A DNA stretch of 63,567 nt, counting the filler, from Octopus bimaculoides (Eukaryota): assembly GCF_001194135.2 (NCBI RefSeq). It is 7 parts of 7 records of this genome, joined end to end, with 100 filler letters (N's around TTAATTAATTAA, not from the genome) between each part and the next. Parts side by side here need not be neighbours in the genome. Positions count along the whole stretch, not along the records: positions 62,412 to 63,567 come from NW_026380147.1; 6 more parts are not named here. One strand, 5' to 3'. Below are positions 63,526 to 63,567 of the stretch, one piece after another. The position numbers were made by a program, and so were the translations under genes. The first letter of the stretch is position 1; the number at the start of each line of letters is the position of its first letter. The notes under the pieces are model-generated. The model was not told the DNA's origin, did no database searches, and saw only the letters and a program-made list of their open reading frames with translations.

Positions 63526-63567
<42 letters not shown>

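Overview
Eukaryotic, repeat-dominated DNA with many N gaps and artificial TTAATTAATTAA linkers. The microsatellite load and SINE families suggest a cephalopod (Octopus-like) genome; this is inference. Almost all ORFs in the track are microsatellite or gap artefacts. The one convincing host coding sequence is a + strand exon (47120-47558) encoding a signal peptide, an Asn-rich linker and two EGF-like modules, ending at a phase-1 GTGAGT donor. A CpG-rich promoter/first-exon candidate lies on the - strand near 5.9-6.3 kb. The rest is transposon fossils: at least four tRNA-type SINE families, several Tc1/mariner relics, hAT-like and other MITEs, Helitron-like elements, RTE, HERO-like and R4/Dong-like LINE fragments, and Penelope-like pieces with decayed hammerhead cores. 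The most striking object is a 312-bp miniature LTR retroelement (4405-4716). It has 46-bp LTRs, a 4-bp TSD and a tRNA-Trp primer-binding site extended to about 44 nt and tandemly duplicated. Other notable signals are an R4-like LINE found twice inside (CATA)n, a 49-bp hairpin tandem array grown from a mariner breakpoint, and a SINE family with a possible GCAGAAA target preference.
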